A DNA stretch of 64,000 nucleotides from Octopus bimaculoides (taxonomy: Eukaryota), in assembly GCF_001194135.2 (NCBI RefSeq), contig NC_068983.1, positions 145,324,165-145,388,164 on the forward strand. The letters are read 5' to 3'. A program made the position numbers and the translations under genes. Of this stretch, positions 38,870 through 51,675 are shown piece after piece. Under the pieces are notes generated by a model. The model was not told the origin of the DNA, searched no databases, and was given only the letters and a program-made list of their open reading frames with translations. Each line of letters starts with the position of its first letter. Position 1 is the stretch's first letter.

Positions 38870-39461
38870 GGATCTTTTTTAAAACGGGGGCCACATTTTT
38901 CATTAATGTTTTACGTAGTGTTTTTGGTACGGAAAGACTTTCAAACTTCGTATACTTATCTATTTTGTGTTATAGAACAGAAAAATATTTTTGTATTCGA
39001 ATTTATTTCATGTAAAAAAATTGTCTTATTTCGATAATTTCAACCAATCACTGACAAGTATTCAGTTGTTTATATTTACTCCTGTGGCTGATTAAGCCAT
39101 AGCTTCGTTTTATTTGCTTTTTTCATTTTAAATTTGCTTTTTTCATTTTCTTTTTTTTTTTTCTTCGTTTTATTTGCTTTTTTCTTTTTAAATTTGCTGT
39201 TTTACCCTAACCCTAACCCTATCACCGATAGAATTGTTTCAGAATCGTTTGTTTATGTAGTCGGCACTTAATGTATATCGGCTGAATGGACGTCAGTGAT
39301 TGGTTGAAATTACAGAAATACGACAACTTTAACATGGAATAACTTAGGGATTTCTTTTTTTTTAAAGAAGACTAAGAGAAAAAGATGTTTTATATGACAC
39401 ATTCTACCAGTGTTCCAAGTTTCAAAGTGTTTCAATGTGGCCCCCGTTTTAAAAAAGATCC
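38870..39461 (-). mobile_element. MITE family 1, copy 2 (inverted relative to copy 1)
   Basis: Reverse complement of copy 1 with the same termini. Perfect TSD GAAGACTG at 38862-38869 and 39462-39469. Confidence 0.92.
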
Positions 39462-41996
39462 GAAGACTGATCTGTTATTTCTTGCAGGTTCGACAACAAG
39501 GCAGAACCTCTCTCATTAACGATATATTGTTATAGTTATTTCCAAGTTCTACTTTCCGTCGACATCTTTCTCCGTACACTCCTTTCACATAAATGTAGCT
39601 TTCATATTACTTAATAATCCTCAAATACTGCTACAGCTTTTTATGAATCCACCTGGAGTATATTAACATGTTTTGAGAACCTTTGTAGGGAAATAAATCT
39701 GTGATATTCAGTGGAACAGAAAAGACTAATAATATGAATAAAACAATGGTGATGCCGGTTCTGTAAATTCAAATTCAAATACAAACCAAATGTTGTTGGC
39801 TCCAACTCAGCGATGTTGAAATATTCTTTTGAAGTTTCCAAGGATGTTACATTACAAATGGTTTTAACGGTGCAGAGAAACTATCTGTATAGGCTATGAC
39901 AATAGTATCTTATAAAAGAAGCTATCACGAGATTAGTGTTGTAATGCCAATATTGCAGTGTGACCAGGAAGAACACTTGGCTCTTAATAGTACGCTCCAC
40001 TTGCTCAAAATTGCCACCGCAAGATGATACAATTGATGAGAGAAATGAAAAATTGTATTTTATGTGTATTTTAGACATTGCGTCAACGCCTTCTTTACTA
40101 GGCCTAGATGCCACCAGTTTGACTTAGTCTGCATGATAGTTTCAATGGTGTCCCTACAATCTAATAGTATCATAACTTACCTTATAATGGCGATAGATAC
40201 AAAAGATGAAAATTGTGTTTTATATATACATGGGTATAAGTATATTTATATATAGATAAGTATAAAAGATGAAAACCGTGTTTGTGCATACTATTCACAA
40301 AATAGTAGTCGCACTTCAAGTAAAACGAAAAGTTCAAACAAGTTAAACATTCACTTCATTAGAGGTATCAAGTAACCGACTATCGTTTTTGCATCCCATA
40401 CAATAGAATTCCTACTACTTTATACTAAAATCTTTAAGATTGTGAAACTTGTCTCTAAATACTATGCTTTAATATCGAATACACAGCTGCACAACGTAAT
40501 TTAAATGGTTTCCATTATCCCATATAAAACGACAGTTGTTCATTCAGTGAGTCAAGTTAATAACACTAACACACATCAATAATAATAAATATATATCCGC
40601 ATTATATAGACATTATTGACATTTATTACACATTAGTAATATTTTACTTAGAATAGCTTAGGCATCTGTACAAAGTGTCTGTGACTATTGAAGGAGTTTG
40701 GCTCTTATACCACGACACTTGATATAATTCGTGAATGACAATGAAAATGGAATAGATGGGATGTTATCCTTCAATTTCTATCTTCCCTGTTATGAAGCAG
40801 ATCACTTCTCAAACCACTAATACAACCGATGTTCTTTCTACAAGAGGCGTTCAGGATTTGATTATGTATTTGTTTTTCTGTATTTTACCGATTTTTGCCG
40901 CGGAATGAGACGCAGATAAAATTAATTCTTCGCAATGCCCGATTTCTAGATCTCTCAAAAAACAAAGTCACTGGGGAGGCTTTCCCTGCACATACTACAT
41001 GCTTTTAGGAAGATTTGAGTACAGAAAGGCGTTTAGTTTTCCTGCTATGAACAGTACTCCACTAGGTGTACTGATCTAACGACTGTTAAGGAAGTGTCTT
41101 TACTTTGATCCTAAAGACACTTTAATCCCAGCGTAACATCACTGATTATATAATTATTTCAATGGCTTGTAATGCTATGTTCAGTTTCTTTCGAAGAAAA
41201 GTTACATGCTACGAACCAGCATCCAGCAATAAACCTCTATTTAAGGAGTCGTTTATTTCGCATCTAAGGTCACTGGAGATAAACATGCTGATTCAGAAAT
41301 AATTAAATCGCCCGCAAGAACTCGTAGAAATTGCTTATTTAAATTTGAGGNNNNNNNNNNTGTCTTTTTTTTTTGTTCGTTTGTTATGTTTTGTTTTGTC
41401 TTTGTTGGAGGTGGTTTATTTTTTCAAAAATTTATTAGGAAAATAAGCGCGGTTCCATATTAGGGTTTGTTTTGTTTTGTCTTGTTTTTCTGGATGCAAA
41501 CAATATTTTTGCTTCTGAAAAAATAAATGTCGACGGAAATGGAAAGAAATAAAATTTTCGTTGAATATGTCATCTGCGAAAGTTCAGTGGATGGGAAGAT
41601 TTAACAGAGCGCTGGATAAAATGCCTTGTGATATTTCTTCCGTTTCTTGATGTTCTGAGTTCAAATCTTGCTAAGAATAGCTTTGTCATTCATCCCTCTA
41701 GGTCGATAACTACCAACCAAAAATGGTTTTTAAAAGATCGGTGTCAGGCAGAATAGATAGAGCATTGGACAAAATGTCTGAAGGCATTTCTACCAGCTGT
41801 TTACGTTCTGAGTTCAAATCCCGCCGAGATCAACTTTACCTTTCATCCCTCCGAGGTCAATAAAATAAAGTATTACTCAAGTACTGAGGTTGATAACATC
41901 GACTAACTCACTACTTATAACAAATTTGTTCTGTACAAAAGTATCGAGTAACCCATCAGATTAATGTAAAACAGTTTTTATTATAACTGAATGAGG

Positions 41997-42225
41997 AGGC
42001 GGCGTGCTGGCAGAGTCGTTAGCACGCCGGGCGAAATGCTTAGCGGTATGTAAGAAGGTATTTCGTCTGCCGCTACGTTCTGAGTTCAAATTCCGCAAAG
42101 GTCGACTTTGCTTTTCATCCTTTCGGAGTCGAAAAATGAAGTACCAGTTGTGTACTGGGGTTGATGTAATTGACTGCCCACCCTAACTCACAAAATTTCA
42201 GGCCTTGTGCCTATAGCAGAAAGTA
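41997..42225 (+). mobile_element. tRNA-derived SINE family C
   Basis: GGCG(T/A)GCTGGCAGA...TTCTGAGTTCAAATTCC head and ...AAGTACCAGTTG...CTGGGGTCGAT...AAAATTTC(A/G)GGCCTTGTG body. Related copies at ~41750-41910, 42271-42476(-), 44975-45130(-), 49210-49410, 51013-51210, 51535-52320 (interrupted), 53955-54160(-), 54600-54740(-). Confidence 0.8.
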
Positions 42226-42270
42226 TTATAACTGAATATAGATATATATATATATATACATATATATGTA

Positions 42271-42476
42271 TATTCTACTCAAGGCACGAGGCCCGAAATT
42301 TTGGGGGAAGAAGCCAGTTGATTAGATCGACCCAGGACGCAACTGGTACTTAGTTTATCGAATCTGAAAGGACGAAAGGCAAAATCGACCTCGGCGGAAT
42401 TTGAACTCAGAACGTAAAGACAGACGAAATACCGCTAAGCATTTCGCCCGGCGTGCTAACGTTTCTGCCAGCTCGC
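42271..42476 (-). mobile_element. SINE family C copy, inverted against 41997-42225
   Basis: Reverse complement of the adjacent copy, ~45-nt spacer. Confidence 0.8.
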
Positions 42477-42478
42477 TG

Positions 42479-42509
<31 letters not shown>

Positions 42510-43217
42510 CCATATATATCTGTCCTGTTTTTAAGTCTGTTATTATTCTATCGGTTTCTTTTGTCGAACCGCTAGTTTATGAAAGTGTAAACAAGCGATG
42601 GTGGCGGGAGCAAGCACAAACGCGAAGATGCATAGGACTTCCACACATTCTCTCATAAAGTCTGAGACTTGAATTCTAGTCGAATGTCTGGACCATTCTC
42701 TTACGTAATTGTAGTATTTTGCCATGTTATATTACCAGCAGTGTGAAGATGGTGGGTAGCAGAATCGGTAAAGCGGTGGACTAAACAAGTTGCGGAAATC
42801 TAATATCATGCCCACCCACTCTTTTTTTCTGAGCTCAAATCATGTCGGTGTCGACAATGCTGTTCATTCTTCCATCATTGATAAAATATTTAGAAGTCAC
42901 TTTGATTGATTGTTTCTTCTCCCTACATACAAAAATATTCCTGACTTTGAGTTTGTTAGAAACCGTTGTGGGCTTTGTAGCTGTCATATCACCAAAAACG
43001 TACTGTGTATTTGGATTTGACTGTCCTGGCATGATTCTTATTTACTATTTTATCTAACCTTCTTTTCTAAACTAGCAGCACGTGAAAAAGTCACCAAGAT
43101 TTTAAGATATCTTATCAATCGTCTCAACGTCTCAACCAAGTCAATGAAAGTAAGAAAGGTAAGAAGAAGAAAAACACATTGATTAACAATCTTGGAAAAC
43201 ATGAATATCTTACTCAC

Positions 43218-43220
43218 CAT
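43218..43220 (-). CDS. Small secreted Cys-rich peptide, exon 1 (initiator ATG only)
   Basis: Minus strand ...TACAACA ATG|GTGAGT, with A at -3 and a consensus donor. A TATAAATA box lies ~100 nt upstream. Phase 0 fits the acceptor at 36084. Confidence 0.7.
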
Positions 43221-43288
43221 TGTTGTATATGTCTGTTGAACTGACTTAGCTGCTGAAAGAGAGAAATGTCCTGACCAAACGTCAATAG

Positions 43289-43328
43289 ATTCTGATGCAA
43301 GCCTGACAGACCTTCACGTATTTATATA
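43289..43328 (-). promoter_or_regulatory. TATA box and Inr-like site of the Cys-rich peptide gene
   Basis: Minus strand TATATAAATA (43328-43319) followed ~30 nt later by ATCAGAAT (43296-43289). Confidence 0.6.
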
Positions 43329-44502
43329 TTCACTTAAGTCTACGCATATTTAGATATGATCAGGTGTCATGTATCCCACGCAAGCATTCGTTGCTTGTAT
43401 AAGCACGCGTCAGAGAGGGTGTAGTGGGGTGGGAAACTGAGGAGTAAAGGGCTCTTCCAGTTGTATCATTTGTCAATACCAGCCAACCCCATTCTCACCA
43501 AAAATCCCAATAAGGTCAACCCCATGGGAAAGCTAGGGATTTATGATAGGATGGGCGACAGCATTCTTCATTAAGACTTTTCCTTAGCTGTAACTGCTGT
43601 TATTTCTATAGTTGCATTTATTGAAATTATTGATGGGAGTGTCGTCATTATCCTTATTTTTGCTGTAGATGCTGCTGAAGTGTACATGACTAATATTCGG
43701 AACAGTCCCCAGGCCTGGATGCCAGCACGCAGTAGTGTTTGTTTAAGCAGCCTGTCTCGTTTTGCAACGTTTTACTTCTGAACAATGATAAACGGAAAAA
43801 CATGCACAGCACGTGTGAATGAATAGCAAATATGAGAGTCAGACGTGTGCACTTTTATGTAATAACAGGATGGACAAATGAACGATCTATAGGAAGAATA
43901 CTGTTTAAGTCGCGCAAAACAAATAAAGATTTAAAAGAAGAATTTACAAAGAGCTAAACATAAAAACAAAAAAAAATGGTCATCATTACGTATGGAGCAA
44001 TTATTGTCGAGTTATGTATGATATAACTCCAACAACATGCAACACGGATAAGTGTATTGGTTCTGTCTAAATACCACCTCGTGTATCGGCTTCTTCCCTT
44101 GTGTTTGACAAAGCAAAGGGTATTATATTTTAGCTTAGATAAAATGGTGAGTGTTGTGACGTTCACCGTTTTCTTGAGGTTATTAGCGGAGTAAGTGAAG
44201 TTAAAGTGGCTGAACTGAGAAATGAGATCGCGCCGAGGACTAAACAGCAGCTTACCTGATTAGGTCCGTCAGGCCCGTTGCCAGACTTTGGTACCTGCGG
44301 GTGCTTCAGAATATTCTGGGTGGACACTAGTTAGTAATAATGCTAAAGTAGAGTTTCGAAATAAGGGTATCACTGTAAATCTGAGAGTTCACCATTGAAT
44401 AGTGAAGGAACAGTGCCGTCGAGGGCAACCCCTTAGCGATGAGCATGGAGTCCGTACAGTAGCTTTACCTGTTAGGGTTAAATTCAAAATCCGGGGGAAC
44501 TG

Positions 44503-44509
44503 GTGATGG

Positions 44510-44543
<34 letters not shown>

Positions 44544-44830
44544 CTTCACCGCCACCATCACTACCACCTCATCATCAACATCATCATCATCATCATCATC
44601 TTCAGCCCTTACCACCACCTCCACCACTACCATCATCAGCAACAACTTTTGGGCATCATCATCATCCTCTTCACCACCACCACCATCACTACCACCCCAT
44701 CATCAACATCATCATCCTCCTCCTCCTCATCATCATCATCATCCTCATCATCATCATCATCATCATCTTCAGCCATCACCATCACCTTCACCACTACCAT
44801 CATCAGCAACAACTTTTGGGCATCTTTTTA
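44503..44830. repeat. (CAT/CAC/CCT)n trinucleotide low-complexity tract with an internal tandem duplication
   Basis: CATCATCAGCAACAACTTTTGGGCATC occurs twice (~44630 and ~44800). Confidence 0.9.
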
Positions 44831-45150
44831 GCACTTTGTAAGCAAAGTTGTCCCGACTCAATAAAGATGTAAACTCTGGGTCTTTTTTTTTGTTTTTTAA
44901 TTCAATGCCTTTTTTTCTCAGTTTTTAGTTTTTTTTCTTTTTTTCTTGGTCTGTACAGAAGAGGCTACTCCACTATAACAGCGGTCTGATCGGGATTTTG
45001 AACTCAGAACGCACAAAGTCAGAACATATACTGCCGCAAGACATCTCATCCAGTGTTCTGACAATTGCACCCAATTCTCCGCCCTGGTCTGGTATTCTAT
45101 TTACCGATTCCCAAAGGATGAAAGACAACTGTCCACAACCAAACGATAGA

Positions 45151-45192
<42 letters not shown>

Positions 45193-45207
45193 ACACACAC
45201 ACATAAT

Positions 45208-45409
45208 TACTAAGTTTGAAAACGGAGAGATCTAATGGATACAAATTCATTTATTAATTAATTAACATATTCACCTACAAGTGTTTCATTTCACAACCAA
45301 ACTTAAAACTACAAAACATATAATCGTGCATTTTAAACAATTGTAGGTGAATATGTTAATTAATTAATTAATTTGTATCCATTAGATCTCTCCGTTTTTA
45401 AACTTCATA
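45208..45409. mobile_element. ~200-bp MITE with ~65-bp TIRs (possibly Tc1/mariner-type, TA-flanked)
   Basis: AAGTTTGAAAACGGAGAGATCTAATGGATACAAATT...TTAACATATTCACCTACAA matches in reverse complement at 45337-45405. Confidence 0.75.
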
Positions 45410-45899
45410 ATAATATTTGATATTCATTGAAGAAATATCTCTTCAAAATACAATATATTAAACCAGATATAAAGTTATCCCTATAAGAGGTCTAAATATC
45501 CTCATAGTGACTATTACGTATATATATGGTTTAATTATAAACAGGCAGAGTTTTAACCACCCGCAGACTGAAAAAACGATGAACAACCTTAATCGATTTT
45601 TAGAGCTTTATTGGGTTCTCATCAGAGGCGTCTACACCATTCCGACAGTCTCCAGGGAAACAAGCAGGCAAGCTGTTTATATACTCAACAAATGCAGCAG
45701 TTACTCTATGAAGGAGTTCCTAATTTGCATGCCGAAAGTGTTTAACACTCTATAAATACCAGCGGCCTGCCAACGAGAATCTTAGTCCACAAAGTACCAA
45801 GGCATGATATGATAAATATGTAACATAAGGTATAGTTATAAACAGGGCAAATTTTAGCCATTTCTCCGCAGACTGAAAAAACGATGAACAACCATATAT

Positions 45900-46314
45900 A
45901 TATTGAGAAAGAAGTCGTCAGAATTTTGGGGAAAAAATCTTTTTATTTTTTCATTATTATTAGTGCTTTCGTTCGTTTCTCAAACTTGTCAAATGAAATT
46001 TTGTGAATGTACAAACAGCTTGTTCATTTATATAAAGCAGATGCTTTTTGGGAGGTTTTGTTTAGAAGAAAACATTGTTTGTTTTTTTTGTTTCTTTTTT
46101 TTTTGAGTAAGTGAGTGAGCTTCCGTGACAATGGAGATAAATAGATAGATAAAAATATAGGTAGGTAGATAGGCTGATAGATAGATAGATAAATAGATAG
46201 AGAGAGAGAGGGGGGAGAGAAGGGGATCCCCATTCCTATTCAACATTCATTTATTTATTTAGCCATTTACACTTGTATTGGAATGGGTTTCTCTCCCTCT
46301 CTCTACCTACCTAC

Positions 46315-46351
<37 letters not shown>

Positions 46352-46608
46352 AGGCTATCTACCTACCTACCTATATTTCTATCTATCCATCTCCATTGTC
46401 ATGGAACGTCACCCCCAAAAAACAAAAACAATGTTCTCTTTTTCTAAACGCAACTTCCAAAAATCATCTGTTTATATAAATGAACAAGCTGTTAGTACAT
46501 TCACAAAATTTTATTTGATAAGTTTGAGAAACGAACAAAAGCGCTAATAATAATGAAGAAATAAAAAGATTTTTCTCCCTAAATTCTGAAGATTTTTTTT
46601 CTCAATAT
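45900..46608. repeat. ~710-bp foldback (~335-bp arms, 43-nt spacer)
   Basis: 45900-46236 is a diverged reverse complement of 46280-46608. Confidence 0.9.
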
Positions 46609-46609
46609 T

Positions 46610-47190
46610 CAATTTCTGTGCACCACACCTGACACTCTATACATATCTCCTTCGCTGTGCCAGAATGAATGGATCACAATCAAACTCGCAGTCGAGAAAC
46701 ACCAACAATACAGAAGAACTTCTCACAGAAATATCTAATAAGTTGAATTTACTTATCTCAAGACTAGACCCAATCTTCACCAATGCAGACAAAACTGTGA
46801 ATGTGGGTCGGGTGCTGGTGTTAGCATAGCTACGGTTGTTTAGGTTTTGGTAATAGAGCGAGAGTTTATGTTTGTTAGAAGCTTCTATAATAGATTCAAA
46901 GTTAGGAGTGGTAGAATACGATAATTTTAAAGTGGATCTGTTGAATATAGAGTGGGAAGTTAGAATCGTCGTGGGAAGTTAGAATCTAGTTTTTAAAGAA
47001 AGATTTGGCTAGGTTGCTAGTGTTAAGAGAGAATGGGGGGGGGTACCACAGGATGGAGCGGCCACCGCTTTTTGGGGGGGGTTCTGTGCATGTTGTAATT
47101 AAGGTGTTTAAGTGGAGGGCAGTTGTCTATACTTTTGGTAGACCAACTGACCATAAATATATCGCTACCATCCTCCGCCTCTATCTCTCC
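46610..47190 (-). mobile_element. Decayed Penelope-like element (RT C-terminus / GIY-YIG region)
   Basis: WYPPPFSLNTSNLAKSFFKN and HSIFNRSTLKLSYSTTPNFESIIEASNKHKL resemble the PLE motifs WFNPPFS and IFNRNTxKxSYSCxPN. Confidence 0.75.
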
Positions 47191-49499
47191 TCTATCCCCT
47201 TTCACATTCTGTCTTCATGACTTGACCTAATTACCGCTCACTTTTCACTTGACTTGGCCATTCTTCAATATGGATTATATGTACCTCTGCTATCTATGCT
47301 ATATCAACTTTCGCTCCGACATAAATTTCCGGATTATTCACACAAGGATTACTTTGCACGGATTTCTACACGGATATTTACCACTGGAATGAAACTACAC
47401 TTCAAGTGCTGTTCTCTCTTTTTTCAGCACATCACACTCTTTACCACTTCATACTAAAAATATCCGCCTATGGATATAATGATAGTTACTTTATTTTTTC
47501 GGTCTCCGATGAAGGGAAGAAATGGTCAGATGACACGGGTGGCTTGAATCCAGCATAAACAGGGATACTGATCCATTGTCCATTTTTCTCGATAGAGCAG
47601 ACGCTATGATCCAGCCTAAGGCTCATTGTTCAACCCATTAGTGTTCATGCAGCAAATATGTGTTTATATGGAAGTAACTGCTAACTGAAATGCTGCAAAT
47701 GACACCCAGAACAGTGATGAATATATGTAATTGTATATTCTTGAACTATGGATCCAGTATATAGTTCAATCTGATAAGTAACTAGTATGTTTCCATGCTT
47801 TATAAGCCCTTATCAATAACTTCAAAGAACTTCCGGTATGTATTAAGTAATTATAAAGACAACAGTTTTTATTTCACTTTGTGGCATTTTGATAATCCTG
47901 AGGACTATTTTGAGATCTTTATTGGCTACTTTGACCCACATAATAAAGTATTAGCATACTTAGGTTTTCTGGATTGGCATGAAGCTGAGATAGCACAAAA
48001 TATGCATTTTATGTTAGCTATTTTCACAATCTAAGATGGCGGCCATGCATGTGTTTATGAAACTACCGACATTGATTTCTCAGATTCTCGTTGCTTTGAT
48101 GACTCTGAAAATGTAAAGGTTTGCAGAATCTTCAGAAACTTTGAATGAAACTATATTTGTTAACACAGCGACCCAGACCACCACATAATATTTCTCGTAC
48201 CTTCTTCAGTTAGTTTTTGTCATCAGAGCTAAGGCCATGCTAGAGCATTGCTTTAAACTAACTCTTTGTCTAAGACGGTCAGATACAAGAAACGTTACAT
48301 TACAACATGATATTGTATGTTTTACGTTGAACAGTAAATACTACATGTATTAACGAGGCACACGTACTAAATAAACATTTGTGCGAAATGCTAATATTGA
48401 TAAATGGCTTAACCTCAACAAAACAGATTAGGTGTTATATTGATATTTCTTATATATATACAGTGTACATTTAAACACATAAGAGAGATGTCCATAATAG
48501 GATATCTAACCCACTAGAAGGAGCAGTCAAAACTCCAAACCACAATTAGTGATAATTTCGAAAGGGAATGAAAAAAATAAAAACATTTGCCAAAAGAGTA
48601 TAACAGGGGTCGCCACCAACCCTGCCGGAGCCTCGTGGAGCTTAGGTGCTTTCGCTCAACAAACACTCACAACGCCCGGTTTGGGAATCGAAACCGCGAT
48701 CCTCCGACTGCGAGTCCGCTGCCCTAACCACTGAGCCATTGCGCCTCCATATATATATATATATATATATATACATACACACACACATACACACACACAC
48801 ACACACACATATATATGACTATCTTTGCATGTGTACACACCCACCCACACAGCACACACACACATATGTATATATATTCATATACATTTATATGATTTTC
48901 TTACTAAGGTCCATGATTTTCGAAGGTTTACCAAGAGTAAGAGAAGCGAGCCCGGAATTTAACCTGGAATTCAAACTATGTTGTGGATATTTGGTACCTC
49001 ACTGGCTTATCCTTCAGCTGTACTGTACCAGTCCCAAAATGGCTATTATTATTACAACTGATATTTAATTCAAACGCCACCGAGGTCGGATTTGCCGTTC
49101 ACACTCTTGGGGTCGATAAAATAATTATCAATTTAGTCCTGGGGTCGGTGCTATTGACTAACCCATGTACCTTTCGCAGAAAGGATTGTCACAATTGTAA
49201 ATAAGACATCAAGCTGGCAGAACCGTCAGAATGGCGAGAAAATGCTGTTATTTGTTCTCATTCGTTGTTTTGAGTTCAAATTCTGCCGAGGTTGAATTTA
49301 TTTTTCATCTTTTCGGGATTGATAACATAAGTACCAATTGAGCACTAAGATTGATGTAATCGACTTAAATTCTTCCCCAAAATTGCTGGATGCATGCCAA
49401 CATTTGAAACCATTATTACCACTGATATATTATCCTTCTGGAGTTGATAAAGTAATGTCTCAGTCCAGTACTAGGGTCGATAGTATCGACTAATACCCA

Positions 49500-49830
49500 C
49501 TCCTCGAAACTGTTGGCCTTGTACACATTCTCTGGATTAACACAGCCTTGACTTTCGGGGCAATTATCGTCCATACTGTCTTGTGAACTAATTCACAGAC
49601 ATAATGCGCAACTGTTATCCATGCTGCCATATGTCACAGTTACTAGCCTAATAAAGCCTTTAATTTTGGTACAATTTTCATACAGTCTCATGACCAGCTT
49701 CAAACAAACTGTACCTTAACTGATAGTAAGTTGAACCATAATCTCTCTGGAATTTTTCAAACTCTACTCAGAATCCAGACAAATACGGCATAACTCCAGG
49801 TTCCTTCCTCTCACACTGCTTTCGAAAATC
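49500..49830 (-). mobile_element. Possible second Penelope-like fragment
   Basis: DNCPESQGCVNPENVYKA resembles the NCPxxGxCLxENVIYK segment that precedes GIY-YIG. Heavily decayed. Confidence 0.4.
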
Positions 49831-51675
49831 ATGAACTTGTCAAACCAGTTACGTAAATATATATAAATCTTTTTAAAGACTTCAAGTGCATTTTCAACTT
49901 TTTTTGCTTCTTTATACTTGTATGAAAAAAAATTATTTTCCTGTATGTGCGTGTGTGTATACATGTATGTATATATGTACTTATATATGTATATTTGAGA
50001 GCGTGTGTTAATATTTTCTCTTTAGTTGAAATAATATTCACTCTTTTCTTTATCTTAAATCTCTCTCCCATTCCTGGTTTTCGAATTTGAGGCGTTCGTG
50101 TTTTAAAATGTTTCTTCTCAACCGCACTCCTTCCAATCTATTTAATCACCACTACCAGAAAACATTTCATATTTCTCCGACGAAGAGCCCATCCCGAAAC
50201 GTTAGCTGTATCCTTTTATCCCCGGCAAACTAATTTATCCCGCTTTATAAAGTAAACCAGCGTAAGTTTCATTGGATCTAATTGATTCATTTTATCACAA
50301 ATTACGTTAGTGTCAATATAATGTTGCAAGCATTAAAAAGTTTGTTAGAAATAATTATTTAGTGAAGAATCGAGCAATATTATGTAATGGCAAATAATAT
50401 TTTTCGGCAAACACAGGAGATAACTCCGAACATGTGTTGTTGTGATCTCATCAGTAATGAGGGAATCACTAACTACTGCTAATAAGACAAAAAGTTATTA
50501 TAATCAATTTCTGTTTTCTTCAACCTTTAATTTGCCATTTTTCTCGCGGTTCAGAATGCATTTTTGCCAAAGTTCTCACCGAAACAAAATACCGAGCCCA
50601 TTACTGAGGAACTTCAAAATATTACCAATTATGGATCAATGAGAAAGCCTCTACGTATTCGCTCGACCCTTTAGAAATAGTGATTAGATCTCCCTGAAAT
50701 CACAACCTAGTTTTAAATATAGAAATCTCATGTTAAATAATAAAGTCATATTTAGCCTTGGAAAGTCAGAATCGCCAGAACAGAAATGCATTTGCTTATA
50801 AGTCTACTCGATCAGGGTTCGCATGGGACTGTTGTTTAGCCCCAAGTAAGCGATGATTCAACAGGCCTTATAATGAAAGGTGTTCAAGAATCCGTTTTCT
50901 TTTTGTTTTTTGTTGAGTTTTTTGTTGTTTTGTTGCTGTTGTTGTTTTTGTTTGGGTTTTTTTTTCCAAGATGATAATTTATTATCGAATGTTATCATTT
51001 AAAATCAATAAGGCGACGAGCTGGCAGAATCGTCAGCACACCAGGCGAAATGCTTCGCAGTATTTCGTCTGCCGTTACGTTCTGAGTTCAAATTCCTACG
51101 AGGTCAACTTTGCTTTTCATCCTTTCAGGGTCGATAAAATTAGTACCAGTTACGCACTGGGGTCGATGTAATCGACTTAATCCCTCCCCTAAAATTTTAA
51201 GCCTTGTGCTTCCAGTAAAATGGATTATTTAAAATCATTAATTTTTTTTAAAGACATTGGGTTGTTTGCGAAGAATCTCGCTGTTATTTCTAGCGTCGAG
51301 CGACCGCATACAGACTCATTGGCTCAGTGTCATTACTGTCGCTGTAGATGCGGTTTAGATCCAAATTCGTCCTGACTGAACAGGTCTTGATCAAAGAAAT
51401 TCCACTATGATCATGCAAAACCTTTTTTTCCGAGGATATAACTAATGGCCTGAAAATTTAGCTGCTAATTTTAGCTGATCGAACGACTACAAAAGGCTCC
51501 CTTGTTGGTAGAGTGTCGTTATAAATGCATTCAAGGCAGCGAGCTATCAGAAACGTTAGCACACTGGACAATGCTCAACAGCATTTCTTCTGGCCTAACG
51601 TTCTGAGCTCAATAATTGTCAATGCCAATTATGCCTTTTATCCTTTCGGGACTCAATAAAATAAGTACCAGTTGA

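Noticed and set aside
42835-43057. Overlapping 65-aa (-) and 71-aa (+) ORFs in the peptide-gene intron
   Set aside because: No recognisable motif and no convincing splice sites; not needed for the spliced peptide frame.
44503-44841. His/Ser/Thr/Ile-rich ORFs
   Set aside because: Trinucleotide (CAT/CAC)n low-complexity tract with no splice or promoter support.
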